64,000 nucleotides of DNA from Lama guanicoe (lineage: Eukaryota). Positions 26,301 through 39,687 of the stretch are shown here, piece by piece (positions within the stretch are counted from its first letter, which is position 1; each line of letters begins with the position of its first letter). Location: the NCBI GenBank assembly GCA_013239625.1, contig MU053472.1, positions 558,001-622,000 of the forward strand, read 5' to 3'. Under the pieces are notes generated by a model. That model saw only the letters and a program-made list of their open reading frames with translations. It did not search any database and was not told the DNA's origin. The translations under genes and the position numbers were made by a program.

Positions 26301-28869
26301 GATTAGTGTTGACACTTTGTGTCAAACTAATGGCATTTATGGGCACCATCAGAATAAATGTTAATGTTATCATGTTTTTATTATCTGTTATAGTAATATT
26401 AAACCAAGGTCCTCCCAGGAGAAAAAAAATACATGTATGGATAGATAGATAATGCCTTTCTGTATCGCTGGTGTTACTCAGCGAGAAAATGACATCTCAG
26501 GGCAGAATCCTAATCACTGTTTGGAGCATCAGAAATAATGATCACCTCTGATCGGAGGTTGTGAATAATTCATTCGGTTTGATTTTCACATCCTGTCCAG
26601 TGATACTTTTCAAACCAAATGTGTTTCTACAGGAAAATAATGGTCCCACTTCTTATGGAAATACTGTGGCACAAATCATTTTACCCACATAAAAACAGTT
26701 AAATAAGTCTGTTCTCTTCTGCTTGCTTTCTCCTCCCCATTCCCTCCTCCCTCGCTTGCGTGTTTATTCCAGGATCAGACGGTGGCCAAATAAATATTTT
26801 CTTCCTTAGAACTTGTACAAGAATAACAAATATTTATTTATGCTTATCCTTAACTTACTCACAGTACCTCTTTTGATCCTCTTCCCTTTCTCGCTTTAAG
26901 GTAATTAGTTTAGATGGATAATCCTAAAACTAAGACTCCTGCTAATTGGAATGTTCTGTTATCAAAACTAATCTGAAATTAGATATTTTTAAAAAATGAT
27001 TTATGGCTGTATCAGTGAAATTGTAATTGGCAGTTAGAGTCCAGAACCCCTTGGTTAGTCCGTGCCCCGGCCAGACAGTGATCAGGGAAGAAGTCTGTGG
27101 CACTTCCAGGGCCAAAAAGCTTGAGTTTGCAACTCACTAGACCATAAACCCACCCACTCTCGCAAGCCCCTTTCAAGCTGCGTGTTGCCCCTTTGTTGCT
27201 TCCTTAGCCCTTAGTCCGGGAGTGTCATTTTCACTAGGTTTCACTTGCGTAGAAACATTGGAGGGAGGGAGAAGCTGAAACAAGGGGATTCAGTGATGGA
27301 ATTTCCTTTGGTTGTTATTTTCAAGTTAACATACAAGGCAGCTTGGCTTAGGTGAAATCAGTGAATGTCATATTCCTAATCACATTGTCACACTTGTGTA
27401 TGCTTTTATAGTGATCGCAGGATTTTCAATACAAAATCCCCATTGTGTCTATAATATAGATAGACCGTCCATATAAAGCAATTTGACTGAAAAACTTGCG
27501 GTGCCCTAATTAAATGGGAGGAAAATATGACTGTCTTCTGAAGTAATGACCCAATCCTCTGAGACAAAGCTATTCTTAGATAGAATATTTTGAACCATTT
27601 CTCCTGAATGTTGTGACCCTTTTTTTTTTTTCTCTCTCTCTCTAAATCTAACAAGGGCAGGGAGGAGCATTTTTCCAACCTAGTTTTCATCATCAGACAG
27701 AAAGTATTTTGCATTCAGAAACCATTTCCAGCATCAAATTCAATTTTGTCAAGTGATTAGTTGAGTTTGGTAGAGAATAATTTAAAAACACAAAGCTGGA
27801 AATGGCCGTGGTGCTTCTGCACTGGAGGAGAGCAGTTGCTGTTCGCAAGTTGCAAGCCCTCTCTCAGTGACTGTGCGTGGCGATCTGGATTATCGTGTTA
27901 CATGTCTTTGCAGCTGTTACAGACCTGCATCTGTTGACACCATGTGTTCCTAGCCTGGGCTGCTGGAAGAAATAGGGGAGCAGGTGAATTGATAGCTTGC
28001 CTGCCTATCAGTGCAGACGTCCTTTTATGTACATATGTTTGTAAAGCTCTTTAGTCCCCTTCAAGATGAAAGGCTCTGTATAAATATAAACTTTCGATTT
28101 TAGTACATGTTTGTAATACATGTGGTACAGTCCTAAATATGTATTTAGCTGATAGGCACTGTTCTTGTCTGTTGTACAAATATTGACTTTAAAAATATAA
28201 ATATGTATTTAACCATCAGACCAGAAAAACACTGGAGCAGTCACTTCTCAGGTAGAGATATTAATATTGTATAAACCTATATATACATATGTTTACATTC
28301 TACCACATCATTGTGGAGCATTTCGTTTTAAAAAAAAAGGAAATGGTAGCCCCGGCACACTAAAACAGTTCCCTTTGAGGTGAGTCTTGATTTTAAATTT
28401 TCATATGTTTACCCCTCTCATTCTAATTTTATGTAAGTGTCTGTCATAGTATAGCTAAAATCTAGAGTCAGTTCCTCTAGAATATGAGAAATCCATTAGG
28501 TTGCTGAGATTTTTTTTCTCCTTTAATTTTTTTCTTTTAACCATGAAAATGTTCAAATGTACACTAAGGTAGAGATAACAATATGTGCTCCCATATACCT
28601 GTCACCCAGTGAAGAAGTATTTGGTAGTTTTTTCTCCCTTCTTTTAATTTATAAAAGGTTTAAGTTGTCAAGGCAGTATAAACATATGAAAGAAATTCGG
28701 AAAATGGGGGGAAATAAAAGTACGCCCACAATCCGTCATCTGAAAATATTAACATCCCATTTTGCTATGTATCTTCATTTCTGTCTTTTTTCCCTCCCAG
28801 CATGGGGTGTGTGTGTGTGTGTGTGTGGTAACACTGTGTACTTACTTTATGCCAGGTGTGTGTGTGTGT

Positions 28870-29140
28870 GGTAACACTTACTGTGCACTTACTATATGCC
28901 AGATACTGTTCTAAGATGTATCATGTGTCTAATCTTCACAGCTGACTGAATGCAGTGGGCTATTATTTTCCCATTTTACTGATGAGGAAACTGAGGCATA
29001 TAGAGGTCAGTTACTTACCCAAGGTTATGTGGCTAGAAGACTGACTGAATTTTCTATTCTGTCAGAGTCAGAGTCTGTTAGATTCAGATTCACAGAATCT
29101 GACTTCTGAGTCTGTGCCTGTAAGCACCACACTGTTTTGC
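28870..29140 (-). mobile_element. MIR SINE
   Basis: cccattttactgatgaggaaactgaggcatatagaggt...cccaaggt. Confidence 0.85.
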
Positions 29141-29327
29141 CCCTCACAATTATTATGATATACATGCAACTTTGTTATCTCATTTCTTCAGATTCAGCAT
29201 TATATTGTGGGTATTTTAAAATACTATTCATAGTCTTCATCACCATTATTTTATAAGGCTGTACAGAACACTTAACAGTGACCTCACTAGCCAATTTATT
29301 CCCTGTAAAAAAAAGTTTTTATCACAA

Positions 29328-29592
29328 CTTTTTAAAAACTTTTTATCTTAAAGTAATTTTAGATTTACAGAAAAGTTACAAAAATTGTTCAGAGTTCCCA
29401 TTTAACCTTCACCCAGTTTCCCTAATGTTAACCTCTTATATAACCGTGGTATAATTATGAAAACTAAGAAATTAACATTGGTGCAATACCATTAAATAAA
29501 ATACAGACTTTGTTTTGGATTTCACCAGTGTTCCTACTGATGCCCTTTTTCTGTCCCAGGATCCAGTCTGGGATACCACATCGCATTTAGGT
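29328..29592 (-). mobile_element. L1M 3' end
   Basis: taattttagatttacagaaaagttaca...cacccagtttccctaatgttaac...gtcccaggatccagtc. Confidence 0.85.
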
Positions 29593-29814
29593 GTTAACGA
29601 TGTTCATGTCTGTGTTACAATTGATATTTATCTTTCCATATTGTTTCCGCTCAATGCAGTGGCACCAGGCTAGCACATACTTCCTTAATTTCTCTACTAA
29701 AGGAAGTTATGCAAATTGTACTTTAAAAAAATAAATAATTCATACTAGCTATAAGGACAAGTTAATTCCTCTGTGCCTTAGATTTCTCATGGCAATAATA
29801 GCAGCTGTTGTTTT

Positions 29815-30045
29815 AATTAATAATAACAGTAGCCACTATTTGAAGACATTTATGTGTCAGGCTTTGTACTAATTTAATGTGGTGTTCCTCACAACAATCC
29901 CTCTAGAAAGATACTGTTATCCCCATTTTATAGTTGGAAAACTTGAGGCCATACAAGGTGAAGTGACTTGTCCAAGCTTACACAATAATATAAAGCTGAG
30001 ATTTAAACTAAGGCAGGCAGACTTTCCAGCTTAATCTCTTAGCTA
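29815..30045 (-). mobile_element. MIR SINE
   Basis: cctcacaacaatccct...tatccccattttatagttggaaaacttgagg...gtgacttgtccaag. Confidence 0.8.
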
Positions 30046-30589
30046 TTATTAATATTCATTAACATCTATGTTAATATTCATTAACATCTAATAGTACACA
30101 TGTATTAAGTGTTCAACTAATGGTAGTTATTATTATTAAAAAAAATTAAACAGTTTAATGATATTTAGTACTATTATTCTATGATCCCTATAGATAAGTC
30201 ATGGACAATGTTGTAAGCTCTTGGCTGACTATTTTCCAACAGTCATTTAAAAAATGAAATGACTATGGAACCAACAAATATTTATTACTCCCATATTATG
30301 TGTAGGACTCCTGCTAGGTACTGGGGTAGATGATGTAATGGTTCAAGCTGGCAAGCTGAAAATGGTCCTAGGCCATAAGTGATTAATTATCAGATGAATT
30401 CCCTACATGAAGGTCTTACTAGGAGATCAGAGAAGAAGGGAGTCACTTGAGACTAGGGGAAGCTTTATTCAAGAAATGGAATTTGAATGAACCTTTATGA
30501 AATGGGTAAGATTTGGGTAGATAAGGAGGAAAGAAAGGGACAAACTTTGTATGTTAAAGTGAGTAAAATAGATTACTGTTTCTAACAGT

Positions 30590-30760
30590 CGTTCATCAAA
30601 CCCATAGGTAATATTTTCTTAATTTTGTATGTGGGGACATTGAAGCTCAATAAAGTTAAGTAAATTTCCCAAGATCACACAGTTAATAAGTGGTAGGGCC
30701 TAGATGTGGATCCAAGTTTGCTTGATTCCAAAGTTCATGTTCACCATGATACACTCTATC
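30590..30760 (-). mobile_element. MIR SINE
   Basis: gaagctcaataaagttaagtaaatttcccaagatcacacagttaataagtgg. Confidence 0.75.
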
Positions 30761-32762
30761 ATTTGATTAGCAGTAAAATCTAATTTTTGATGTAAATTGA
30801 GCAACAGATGCTTCCTTAGATATTTATCCGTTGTGCTTATTCAAAACTTAATCTCTTCCAATAAGGAATCTCACTATACTAAGACTGAGCTAGCATTCTC
30901 CGTTCTGTAATGGTACTTTCTAAGCAGGGAGGGGGTCAGTTGATGAGGAACACACTTTGGAAAGACCTTGATAAAGAAAGAGTAGTGTGTTCTTGGTGGT
31001 GCTGTGTTGACACCTGATTAGAAGTCAATATTGCAGGCATAATGACCTGGCCAGTTGCTGAACTGACTGCCCAACTGACACAGTTAGAGTCCCCAGGTAG
31101 TAACAAAAGATAAGTGTATTATTTACTTGCCCAGTGCCACGTAGACGCAATGTTTGTGTAAGCATGCAAATGCTGAAGTAGACTCTTTAAGGCTTGTATC
31201 TAAGCTGCTCTGGCCTAGGTGGCTAAGGTTAATACATCATAAAATTTAGTATAAAACCCAGTCTTCCTAACTACAAATGCATTGAAAGGAAATAGCTTTT
31301 CCTGCCTGAAAAACAAAAGAAATGTCAGGTTAGCCGGCAACAGGAGAAGGCAGTTAAAATGTTTTTCTCCACACACGCATTATATTGACCAGCTTCTTAA
31401 AACCCGAGGCCAAAATTATCTTGATATTTGGAGTTTCTCTGTGATTTTTTTTTTTTGGATAATCTGTTTCTCCTTCCTTTCTCTGTCTTTAATGAGCAGA
31501 TAGAGTAATAACTACCTTACCTCAGGTGATGGGATTTTTTTTCTGTATGTTATATCCATTTTGATTTGTATTTGGCCAATGGTATGATATATTAAATAGT
31601 TTATATTTATCTGTGGGTGTTTCATATATGTATTTCTTAATGCTGAGAATCACAAATAGCTGTGTGGAAAGCTTCAACCAGCCTGATTACAGTGGATGTG
31701 CAATTGGATTGAGGAATGTGTACTCAGAGCTTATGATCACTGGCCCGGTTGAGTCTGGGTGATGCATGTGGCTTTCCAGGGATGCTGCTATTTACATCTG
31801 TTAATGGCCCTTCTTGATGGCCGGCTCCCCAATGAGGTGATATGCAGCAGCCTGGGGATGAGGGACCAAGGCTGCAGATGTGGCTGGGCTCCATAAGATA
31901 TGGGGAAAGAGACAGGCACACATGAAAAACTGCAGCTGTAACTGGGGCATGAGTGAATAGAAAAGAAATGGAACTGGTGAATAAACAAGTAGGATTGACT
32001 AGTTCTCATGTAAAAGAGGAGAGGGCTGTGAGGGTTTGGAAAGAGGCATGTCTCCCTGCCTGTTAAGTCAATATCGTTTACTTGTGTGGCTGGCCAGATG
32101 CTGCTGGACAGTGGGCAGAGATTTACATGTATCATATTGCAGCAAGAGGTTAGTTACTTGCCTCCATTGGTTTTCTGGTGTTAGGAGAAAGCAGCAAAAG
32201 ATGCTCACAAGGATGCAGTGCTGAGCTATACTAAATTCTTGCAGAAAAGGAAGATCCTTGAAGCAAGCCAGTAAAGAATGTGGCTGTTATTCCTATCAAA
32301 TGCTAGAGGACAATAAAGGACCCAGGATTACAAAAGTTGTACAGTCCATGGTGGTCCTCTTTCTTCTCCCTTATGTGCCTAAAGGTTTCTTACAAAAGAT
32401 GGAACTAGTGTCTTAGTAGACAGGATAGTAGGTTAGGGAATCATGAATTTAATTCCCAGTGCCATGGTATTCTTCTGCAGGCATCCTGAGTGCGTTTAAA
32501 CTTCTGATTTTTCCATCTCTGAACAGACCTAAAGAAGGAATTGAGACAGCTGTGTAACACGTATATGGTCAACTCGACATAATCTTGAAGAAGTATCTAG
32601 GATATTTGCCTATTTTCCCAAAGGGAGCTTGGCCCTTCAGCAATGCATGTCTTTACATGAAGGCTGTGTCTAGGTACAGTCTGACACCTTCAAGGAACCT
32701 GAAAAAAAATTCTGCATGTGAGAAGCTTGTATTTATTGGTTTGTTTGTTTGTGCCTTTACAG

Positions 32763-33032
32763 ATCGGCATGGTAGCTTGGAAAATGACCCTTAAAAGTCC
32801 TGAGTATCCAGAAGGCCGAGATATCATTGTCATTGGCAATGATATCACATACCGAATTGGGTCCTTTGGACCCCAGGAGGATTTGCTGTTTCTCAGAGCT
32901 TCTGAGCTTGCCAGGGCCGAGGGTATCCCACGCATCTATGTAGCAGCCAACAGCGGAGCAAGAATTGGACTGGCGGAGGAAATTCGTCATATGTTTCACG
33001 TGGCCTGGGTTGATCCTGAGGATCCTTACAAG
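32763..33032 (+). CDS. ACACA: ACACA exon I, 270 nt, [19 protein letters not shown]...WVDPEDPYK
   Basis: ttacag| acceptor, |gtacag donor; contains NDIT, GSFG and NSGARIG carboxyltransferase motifs. Confidence 0.98.
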
Positions 33033-33304
33033 GTACAGGCTAAGAAAAGATAATAGTTCAAGACACTATATGGGTGTGTGCAAGTATGTGTGTGTATGTG
33101 TGGAGAGGTGGGGGAGAGGTAGAGGTTTGAGTTCAAAAGTCAGCACCTAGGGTGAACTGCAGCTGCGTTGGAAATAAATCATCACTCAATATGTTCTCCT
33201 GATCATTCTTCCAGCTTTGAAATTGACTGTTTCTTTGGTTGAACACTAGATGACATGGTAGCTGTGCATTTAGTGTGAGACATGTTAAGCTGGAAGTACA
33301 TATC

Positions 33305-36300
33305 TTTAAACTATTCCACTGTGGCTTCCAAGACATGGTCAATCACCAGCAAAATCTCTTATAGCCTCAGCTTCTTCTCTGATTGTTCTCCATTCTTCTT
33401 GCTCTACTTGAAACCTGCCTGTCCTCTGAAGAGTCTTCTTCCCCTTTAGCCCTCTTAAATAGTGACTGATTTCTCTTTCCCTTGTACCACTGAGCCTGGA
33501 GGGAAATACTGTCTTCCTTTTGCCCCATTGCTACTTGCAGACCCTTTTCCCTCCCTTCTCTCTGAAAACCCCTGTCTTTGAATCTCGTGTTACCAGACTA
33601 TGCCACACCGCCACTGCTCCTCATCAGAATGTTCTCAGCCCTTTGGCCACTCCTTCTTCTTTGCATCTTTGGATTGGGTACATTGTCAGTCTCTCCAGTA
33701 CTACCAGTCCCACTATATTGTTGGTGATTGCTGTATCCACATCTAGGCTCCATCCCGTCACCCAGCCTCTTGCATCCTTGACTTCCTCTCCTCTAACAGT
33801 CCTGTCCTGCATCCCAGCTCAGCTCTCATTCCCCATAATCTCAATTTCAGGCATCCCTTTCTTCGCCGTCTCTTCATTCTGTCTTCCCAGCTCACTCTCT
33901 TTAGTGCTCCCAGCCCAGCAACCCTTTGAATCCATCAAGAGCAACAACTGCTGATCCTACCAGCTTTCTTCTGCCCTTCACTCCCTCCCGACATCCTCAC
34001 TTTATTCTTATCCAGCTTAAATCCCTAAGCCAATTGTAGGCTAATCATAATAATCACTACCTTTTCTATGCCCCCAGTTTCTTTACTTCTGTCTTCATTC
34101 TGCTTACTCTGGGTCTGTACAAAAACCTTGTTTAAATCAAACTGTCTCCATCTGCTCCCGTACCTGCACCAGCATAGCTGAACATTGATGGAGAAAAATG
34201 CACAGTGCTGTTGACTAGTCTTACTTTAAATTCAAGCTTCCCAACCTTCTGATTGACAATTTCACATCTTCTCTCTCCTCAAACATCCAACACCCTCTTC
34301 CGTCATCCTCGCTCTTAGCTGATGGCGGTGTTTCTCAAGTCACTGAGGAAATGGAAGCAATTAGAAGAGAGCTCCCACGAGCTGCCCCATATCTGCATCC
34401 ACGCCCTTATCCTCCGCCTTCTCTCCTGTCCTTTGGTGAACAGTCCCTGCTCCCATCTAGGGCCAGTCCCTCTATGCTCAGTCCTTTCCCTTCTTGCCAA
34501 CTTAAGGATGTAGATCAACACTTCTCCCCCTTCTTTCTCTCATCATCACTTTTCTCCTCTCTTCTAGATCTACCCCTTTATCATATAAACATTCACTCCT
34601 CCAGTCACTACCCCACCCTATTTGTTCCTTCCCTTCACAACAAGATTTCCTAAAGGAGTTTCTCTCCTTGTTGTTTCCAGATGCTCTTCTCCCTCCCATT
34701 CCCTCTGGACCCCACTTCAGTTCCCCTTGCACCCTCACTTTTGTCAGGGTCGCCATTGATTCCGCATTGTTACATTCGATCATGAAATCTCAGTCTCCAC
34801 CTTATTTGACATTTCAGCAGCGTTCCATGCAGTTGGTCACGCCTTCATCCTTGAAATGCTTTCTTCTGTTGATTTCCAGGACCCCAGAATCTCCTTTTTA
34901 CCCTCCTGGCCGCTCTTTCTCAGTTTCCTTTGCTGCCTTTCACATCTTTGAATGTAAGAGTGTTTCAAGGAATGATGGAAATATTCCATATTTTGATTGT
35001 GGTGGTGATTATACAAGTATACACATTTGTCAGAACTCCTCAAACTACTGCACTTAAAACTGATGGATTTTATATTGCATGTCAAATATGCTTCAGGAAA
35101 ATTCATTTTAAAAGTGTATGGGAATTGTTGGTGACCACTAACTAACAGGTACAGAGTTTCTTCTTGGGGTGATGAAAATATCCTGGAGTTAGATAGTGGT
35201 TATGGTTACACAACATGTAAATATACTAAAAACTGCTGAATTGTATACTTTAAAATGGCCAAGTTTATATTATGTGAATTTTATCTCACTTTTTAAAATT
35301 ACCTAAAAAAAAAGTGAATGGACACAGATATTAGAGCCACAAAGGTTTGTGATAGGACTAAGAAGTCCAGATCCACCCCCCTCTGCCGCCCTCCCCACCC
35401 CCCAGTCTCAACTCCAGCAGGACCCAGGGCCCTCTCACCAGGGCTTTGATAGGATGACTTGTATATAAAGTGAGGTAGGAATAGGGAAGGTGTTTCAGGG
35501 CTTGGTCCCTGGACCGCTCATCTTTTCTGTGTTCATCTTCCCTTGGTGATCTCATCCAGTCTTAAAGCTTTAAATTTCATCTATAAGCCAATAAACTTCC
35601 AAGTTTTTATCTTCCCCTGAACTTCAGATTCATGTATCCAGACTCAGCATCTCTACCTGCACGTCTGCCTAAATGTAGCTTCTAATCTGCTTCCTTAAAT
35701 TTGTTCCTCCCAAAGTCTTCTCTGTCTCAGTAAAGGATACCTCTATTCTTCCATTTAAGTAAAAGACCTTGGCGTTATCCTTGACCTCTGTCTCATGTCC
35801 CACATCCTCTCTGTCAGTAAATCACACGTACATCCCAACCTTCAAAATACATCCAGAATCCAGCCACTCCTAACCACTTCCACTGCTGCGCAGTAGTCTG
35901 AGTCCCTGTCTTCTCTCACCTGCATTTACTGCAGTAGCCTCCTGATTGACCTTCCTGCCTCTGGCCTTGCCCCCTCCCCAAGTCTGCTCTCAACAAAACA
36001 CGGAGTGATCCAGCTAAGATATAGATCAGGTCACAGATCCAGACTCCCCTCTGATTAAAACTCTTTAATGGCTTCCCAGCTCACTCAAGTGAGGGCCAGA
36101 CACCACATAGTTACCTACAAGGCCCTGTGTAGACTGGCCTTCCAGTACCACTCTGCCCTCATTCTTGCTGCACCCTCACTTCATACTCTGGCTCTGCCAG
36201 CCTCCTCACTCTCTCCTGACCCTGCTGGGTGCACTTGCGGCTCCTTCCGCCTGGAATGCTTTTCCCCTCGAATATCCTCATGTCTCATTTCCTCAGCTCT

Positions 36301-36570
36301 TCAGGTCTTGGCTCAAATGATATTTTCCATGAAGCCTTCCCTGGTATTCTCCCAGCTCTCCTGTCTCCTTTCTCTATTTTATTGTTTCCTTAAACATGAT
36401 TCCCGCTAACACTGTATGTTTAACTTATTTATTTTGTATATTTTCCGTCTCTCCTACTAGAAGATAAGTTGCATAAGGCCAGGAATTTTTGTCTGTTTTG
36501 TTCCTTCCTGTTTTTCCAGTGCCTGGAGCAGTATCTTGCATATAATAGGCACTCAATAAATACGTGCTGA
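33305..36570 (+). mobile_element. Long decayed L2 LINE, interrupted at about 34960-35480
   Basis: C/T-rich L2 body and canonical 3' end cagtgcctggagcagtatcttgcatataataggcactcaataaata. Confidence 0.85.
34960..35315 (+). mobile_element. Two tandem L1M 3' end fragments nested in the L2
   Basis: gatggaaatattccatattttgattgtggtggtg... and ggggtgatgaaaatatcctggagttagatagtgg...gtgaattttatctca followed by an A-run. Confidence 0.85.
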
Positions 36571-37385
36571 CAGACATACTAATGACACTCATTGCTACAA
36601 AAGGTTCTCGTTGTAAGTCATGCGAAATTAGTGGCAAATTCACGTCTCTGACATAAGCTCAATGGGAGACAAATTTATTGAATTAAATAGTGGACCTAAT
36701 TTCTCATGGTATTTTAAATGTTTTTCTCTGTTTACTTTTTTTTAACTTAAGTTACACATATTAGATAACTCTACTTTGTATATGAGTATGTATATGTATG
36801 TATAAAAATAAATTAATTTTGAAATGTTAGTATAATTTTTTAGTGGACATAGGAATCAGGAGTTGTTTATTAAAAAAAAGCAAAAGGTGTGAGTTCAGGA
36901 TTCACTGATCATTAGCACTGCATAGACTTCTGATTTTAAGGTCTAATATCCCAGTTTTGTGATGCTCTTCATTATCCCTTACCCAGTTATATTTTGATGG
37001 GACTATGGATTTGAGAAAGTGAAAAGTAGAAATTCACACAATTCTTTAATTTTGTGTTGGTCTCTTTAATAGAGGTGCCACAAAAGGTCAGAAAATGACC
37101 CTTTAACCCTGATGAAAAGGAAACGAATGGAATGTACTCGGAGTTGCTGCTACAGGATGTCTTGTTTCAAGGACACAGAGTCAGTGACTGCAGAAATAGG
37201 CACTTCCATCTTTCAAAGGAGAACTGTCGATGCCAGTATTCTGCTAGACAGGAACTCTGAGACGGGAGTTGGCAATTTACAGCTAGCTTACTCCCAAGAA
37301 CAAACTGCATTATGCATGCTTTGCTGGGTCTTCTGATTATGTGGTGATGGCATATAACGCGTTAAAAACTCTTTGTGCTTCACAG

Positions 37386-37483
37386 GGATTCAAATATTTA
37401 TATCTGACCCCTCAAGATTATAAGAGAGTCAGTGCTCTCAACTCTGTCCATTGTGAACATGTGGAGGATGAAGGAGAATCCAG
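37386..37483 (+). CDS. ACACA: ACACA exon J, 98 nt, [15 protein letters not shown]...EDEGES(R)
   Basis: cacag| acceptor, |gtaggt donor, phase 0/2. Confidence 0.97.
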
Positions 37484-37699
37484 GTAGGTCTTAAGTATCA
37501 GAATAATTTGGCCGTGAACTAGATAAAGGAGACTATAATAATGTTGTCCTCACTGTCCTGCTGATCATGACCTTGAAGAGCAATGAAGGTTGATTGCTGC
37601 ATCATCTACAAGTCTTGGGTTTGTATCTTACCACTGCCACTTATTAACTGAAAGACCTTATTACTGGTTGAGATTTAAAAATTATAATTATATCTATTC

Positions 37700-38790
37700 A
37701 TTTTTTAAAATTTGGAACACGTAAACAACTATGGGAAAAAAGGGTAAAAAAATCAGCTATAGTCCTACCAGAAGATCACAGTTACTAAGGTATATTATAT
37801 TCTTGCTATCTTTTCTATTATATGTCTTTTTTCCTGCATAGTCAGGGTAACGGAAAAGCTCTTTTGTAATTTGTTCTTTTCACTGAAAATTATTTTGGGG
37901 GAACTTTGGTATATTCTTATAACATTATTTGAAGATATGATATATAATGGTTTCACCATATTTCATTATAATTAATATATCATATTTGAACATTCAGATT
38001 ATCCCAGTTTTTTTTACTACTCTATCCCTGGGCTGATCCTTCTTGTATATAAACTTTTAGGAATATCTCTAGTTATTCCCTTTGAATTACTTTCTAAAAA
38101 TGGAATTACTGTTCAAAAAGTATGTCCATTTTTAGAAGTTTTTTGATAGTTTCAGATTTTCCTCCCAAGAGCTGCACTCCCACCAGCAGTATGATAGTGC
38201 TTGTTTTCCCCTCTTTAATTTTTCTCCAGCCTTGCCAATATTGATTATTGTCAATTAACAGAATAGGATTAAAAATAATAATAATAACAGATGAGGATAA
38301 AGACAGCAGTTGTTACTTTAACTGGTGTTTTTGATCACCAGTGAAGTTGAACATCTTTGTAATCTATCTGCAAGTATTTTCCAAAATGTTAATCAGTTGT
38401 GCCAATACCATTTATTGAACAATTCATAGTTTCCTCACTTTTATAGTAATCTTAACTCAATTGCTAGACTTTATATTCTGTTTTTTGTTCTATCTATTCT
38501 TGGACTAATGCCACACTATTTTAACTGCTTTTAATAGGCCGGAGTTCCTCACAGCCTTCATTTTTTTCCCAAATTTTATTAGCTATTTTTTTTCTTTTTA
38601 ACACGTAGGCTTTTTTTTTTTAATTTCAAAAAACTTTCCATAATGATTTTGATTCAAATTGCATTAGGTTTATAAATAAATTTAGGAAGATCTGAGAGCT
38701 TCATAGTATTAACACTTCCCAATAAGAAACATGGTGTTTTTCCAATTATTTAAGTGTATTTTTTAAAGTTTTGTAGTTTTCTTCATATAG
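37700..38790 (-). mobile_element. Very old L1ME-like fragment
   Basis: tggaattactgttcaaaa, ctcccaccagcagtatga, tgccaataccatttattgaacaattca, aaattgcattaggtttataaataaatttaggaaga. Confidence 0.65.
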
Positions 38791-38796
38791 GTTATA

Positions 38797-39520
38797 CCAG
38801 AAGTTCCCAACCTTTCTTGGCTCACAGCACCTTTAGGCAAAAAAATATATCTAATATTTCTGATTATTAAGTAGTCAGCCCCAAACAGCCTCATAAGCAT
38901 TTATGCCATGAAGAACATGGGTTTGAACGCTGCGGGTCCACTTACACACAGACATTTGCAGCAGTGAAAACAGCAGAGCCACACTGTGGTTGGTCGAATC
39001 CGCGGACACGCACCCACGTGTCTGGAGGAACCACATAGATGGGCGCCAGCTGTAAGTTGTAGGTGTATTTTCAACTGCTGAGGGGTCAAAGCCCCTCACT
39101 CTGGCGTTGTGTAGGGGTCAACTATATAGTAAACGTAATTGAAAAAAATTTTTATTCCATTCTTAAATAATTACAGTTACTTACTAATGGGATATTTGCA
39201 TCTGTACGACATCACAAACCTTGAAATCAGCTTGAACATAGCCACCCTCAAATCTTGTTCTGCACTGATTTTTGTGTGGAACTTTTTTTCCCCCCAAAGA
39301 AACTAAAAACACAGCTTTGCAAAGATGGGACATTGTCAAAAGGAAGGTAGTACTAGCTAACGTTAAACCAGGAACCACTTAAAACTAGTAGTTCACATGA
39401 GAGCCAACAAATATCACATATTATAGTATTTCTCTCAAAATTTGAAATAATCCTTTTGTGCCCCTGACAGTTCATGGTGACACCCCAGGATGCCTTGGTG
39501 CACAGTGTGGGTATGGTGGC
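38797..39520. mobile_element. hAT/Charlie-like DNA transposon relic
   Basis: Ends cagaagttcccaacctttc and gccttggtgcacagtgtgggtat resemble Charlie termini; subfamily uncertain. Confidence 0.55.
38903..39126. mobile_element. MER8-like (TcMar-Tigger) MITE
   Basis: aacatgggtttgaacgctgcgggtccacttacac...gcgttgtgtaggggtcaactata resembles the MER8 consensus as recalled. Confidence 0.75.
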
Positions 39521-39687
39521 ATATTGCCAGTTTTTTAATATTTATCCCTAAATGATTTGCTTTTTTTTTCTTGGTACTCTGAATAGGATCCCTCCCCTGC
39601 CCCTGCCATTGTATGTTTTTAACTCTTTATTACTGGTATGTCAGAAAGCTATTGATTTTGTATATTGCTTTTGTTAAAAGTTTACTT

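Noticed and set aside
510..33032. Run of nine consecutive phase-0 symmetric exons suggesting modular skipping
   Set aside because: Phase 0 is the commonest intron phase; only exon B shows extra cassette features.
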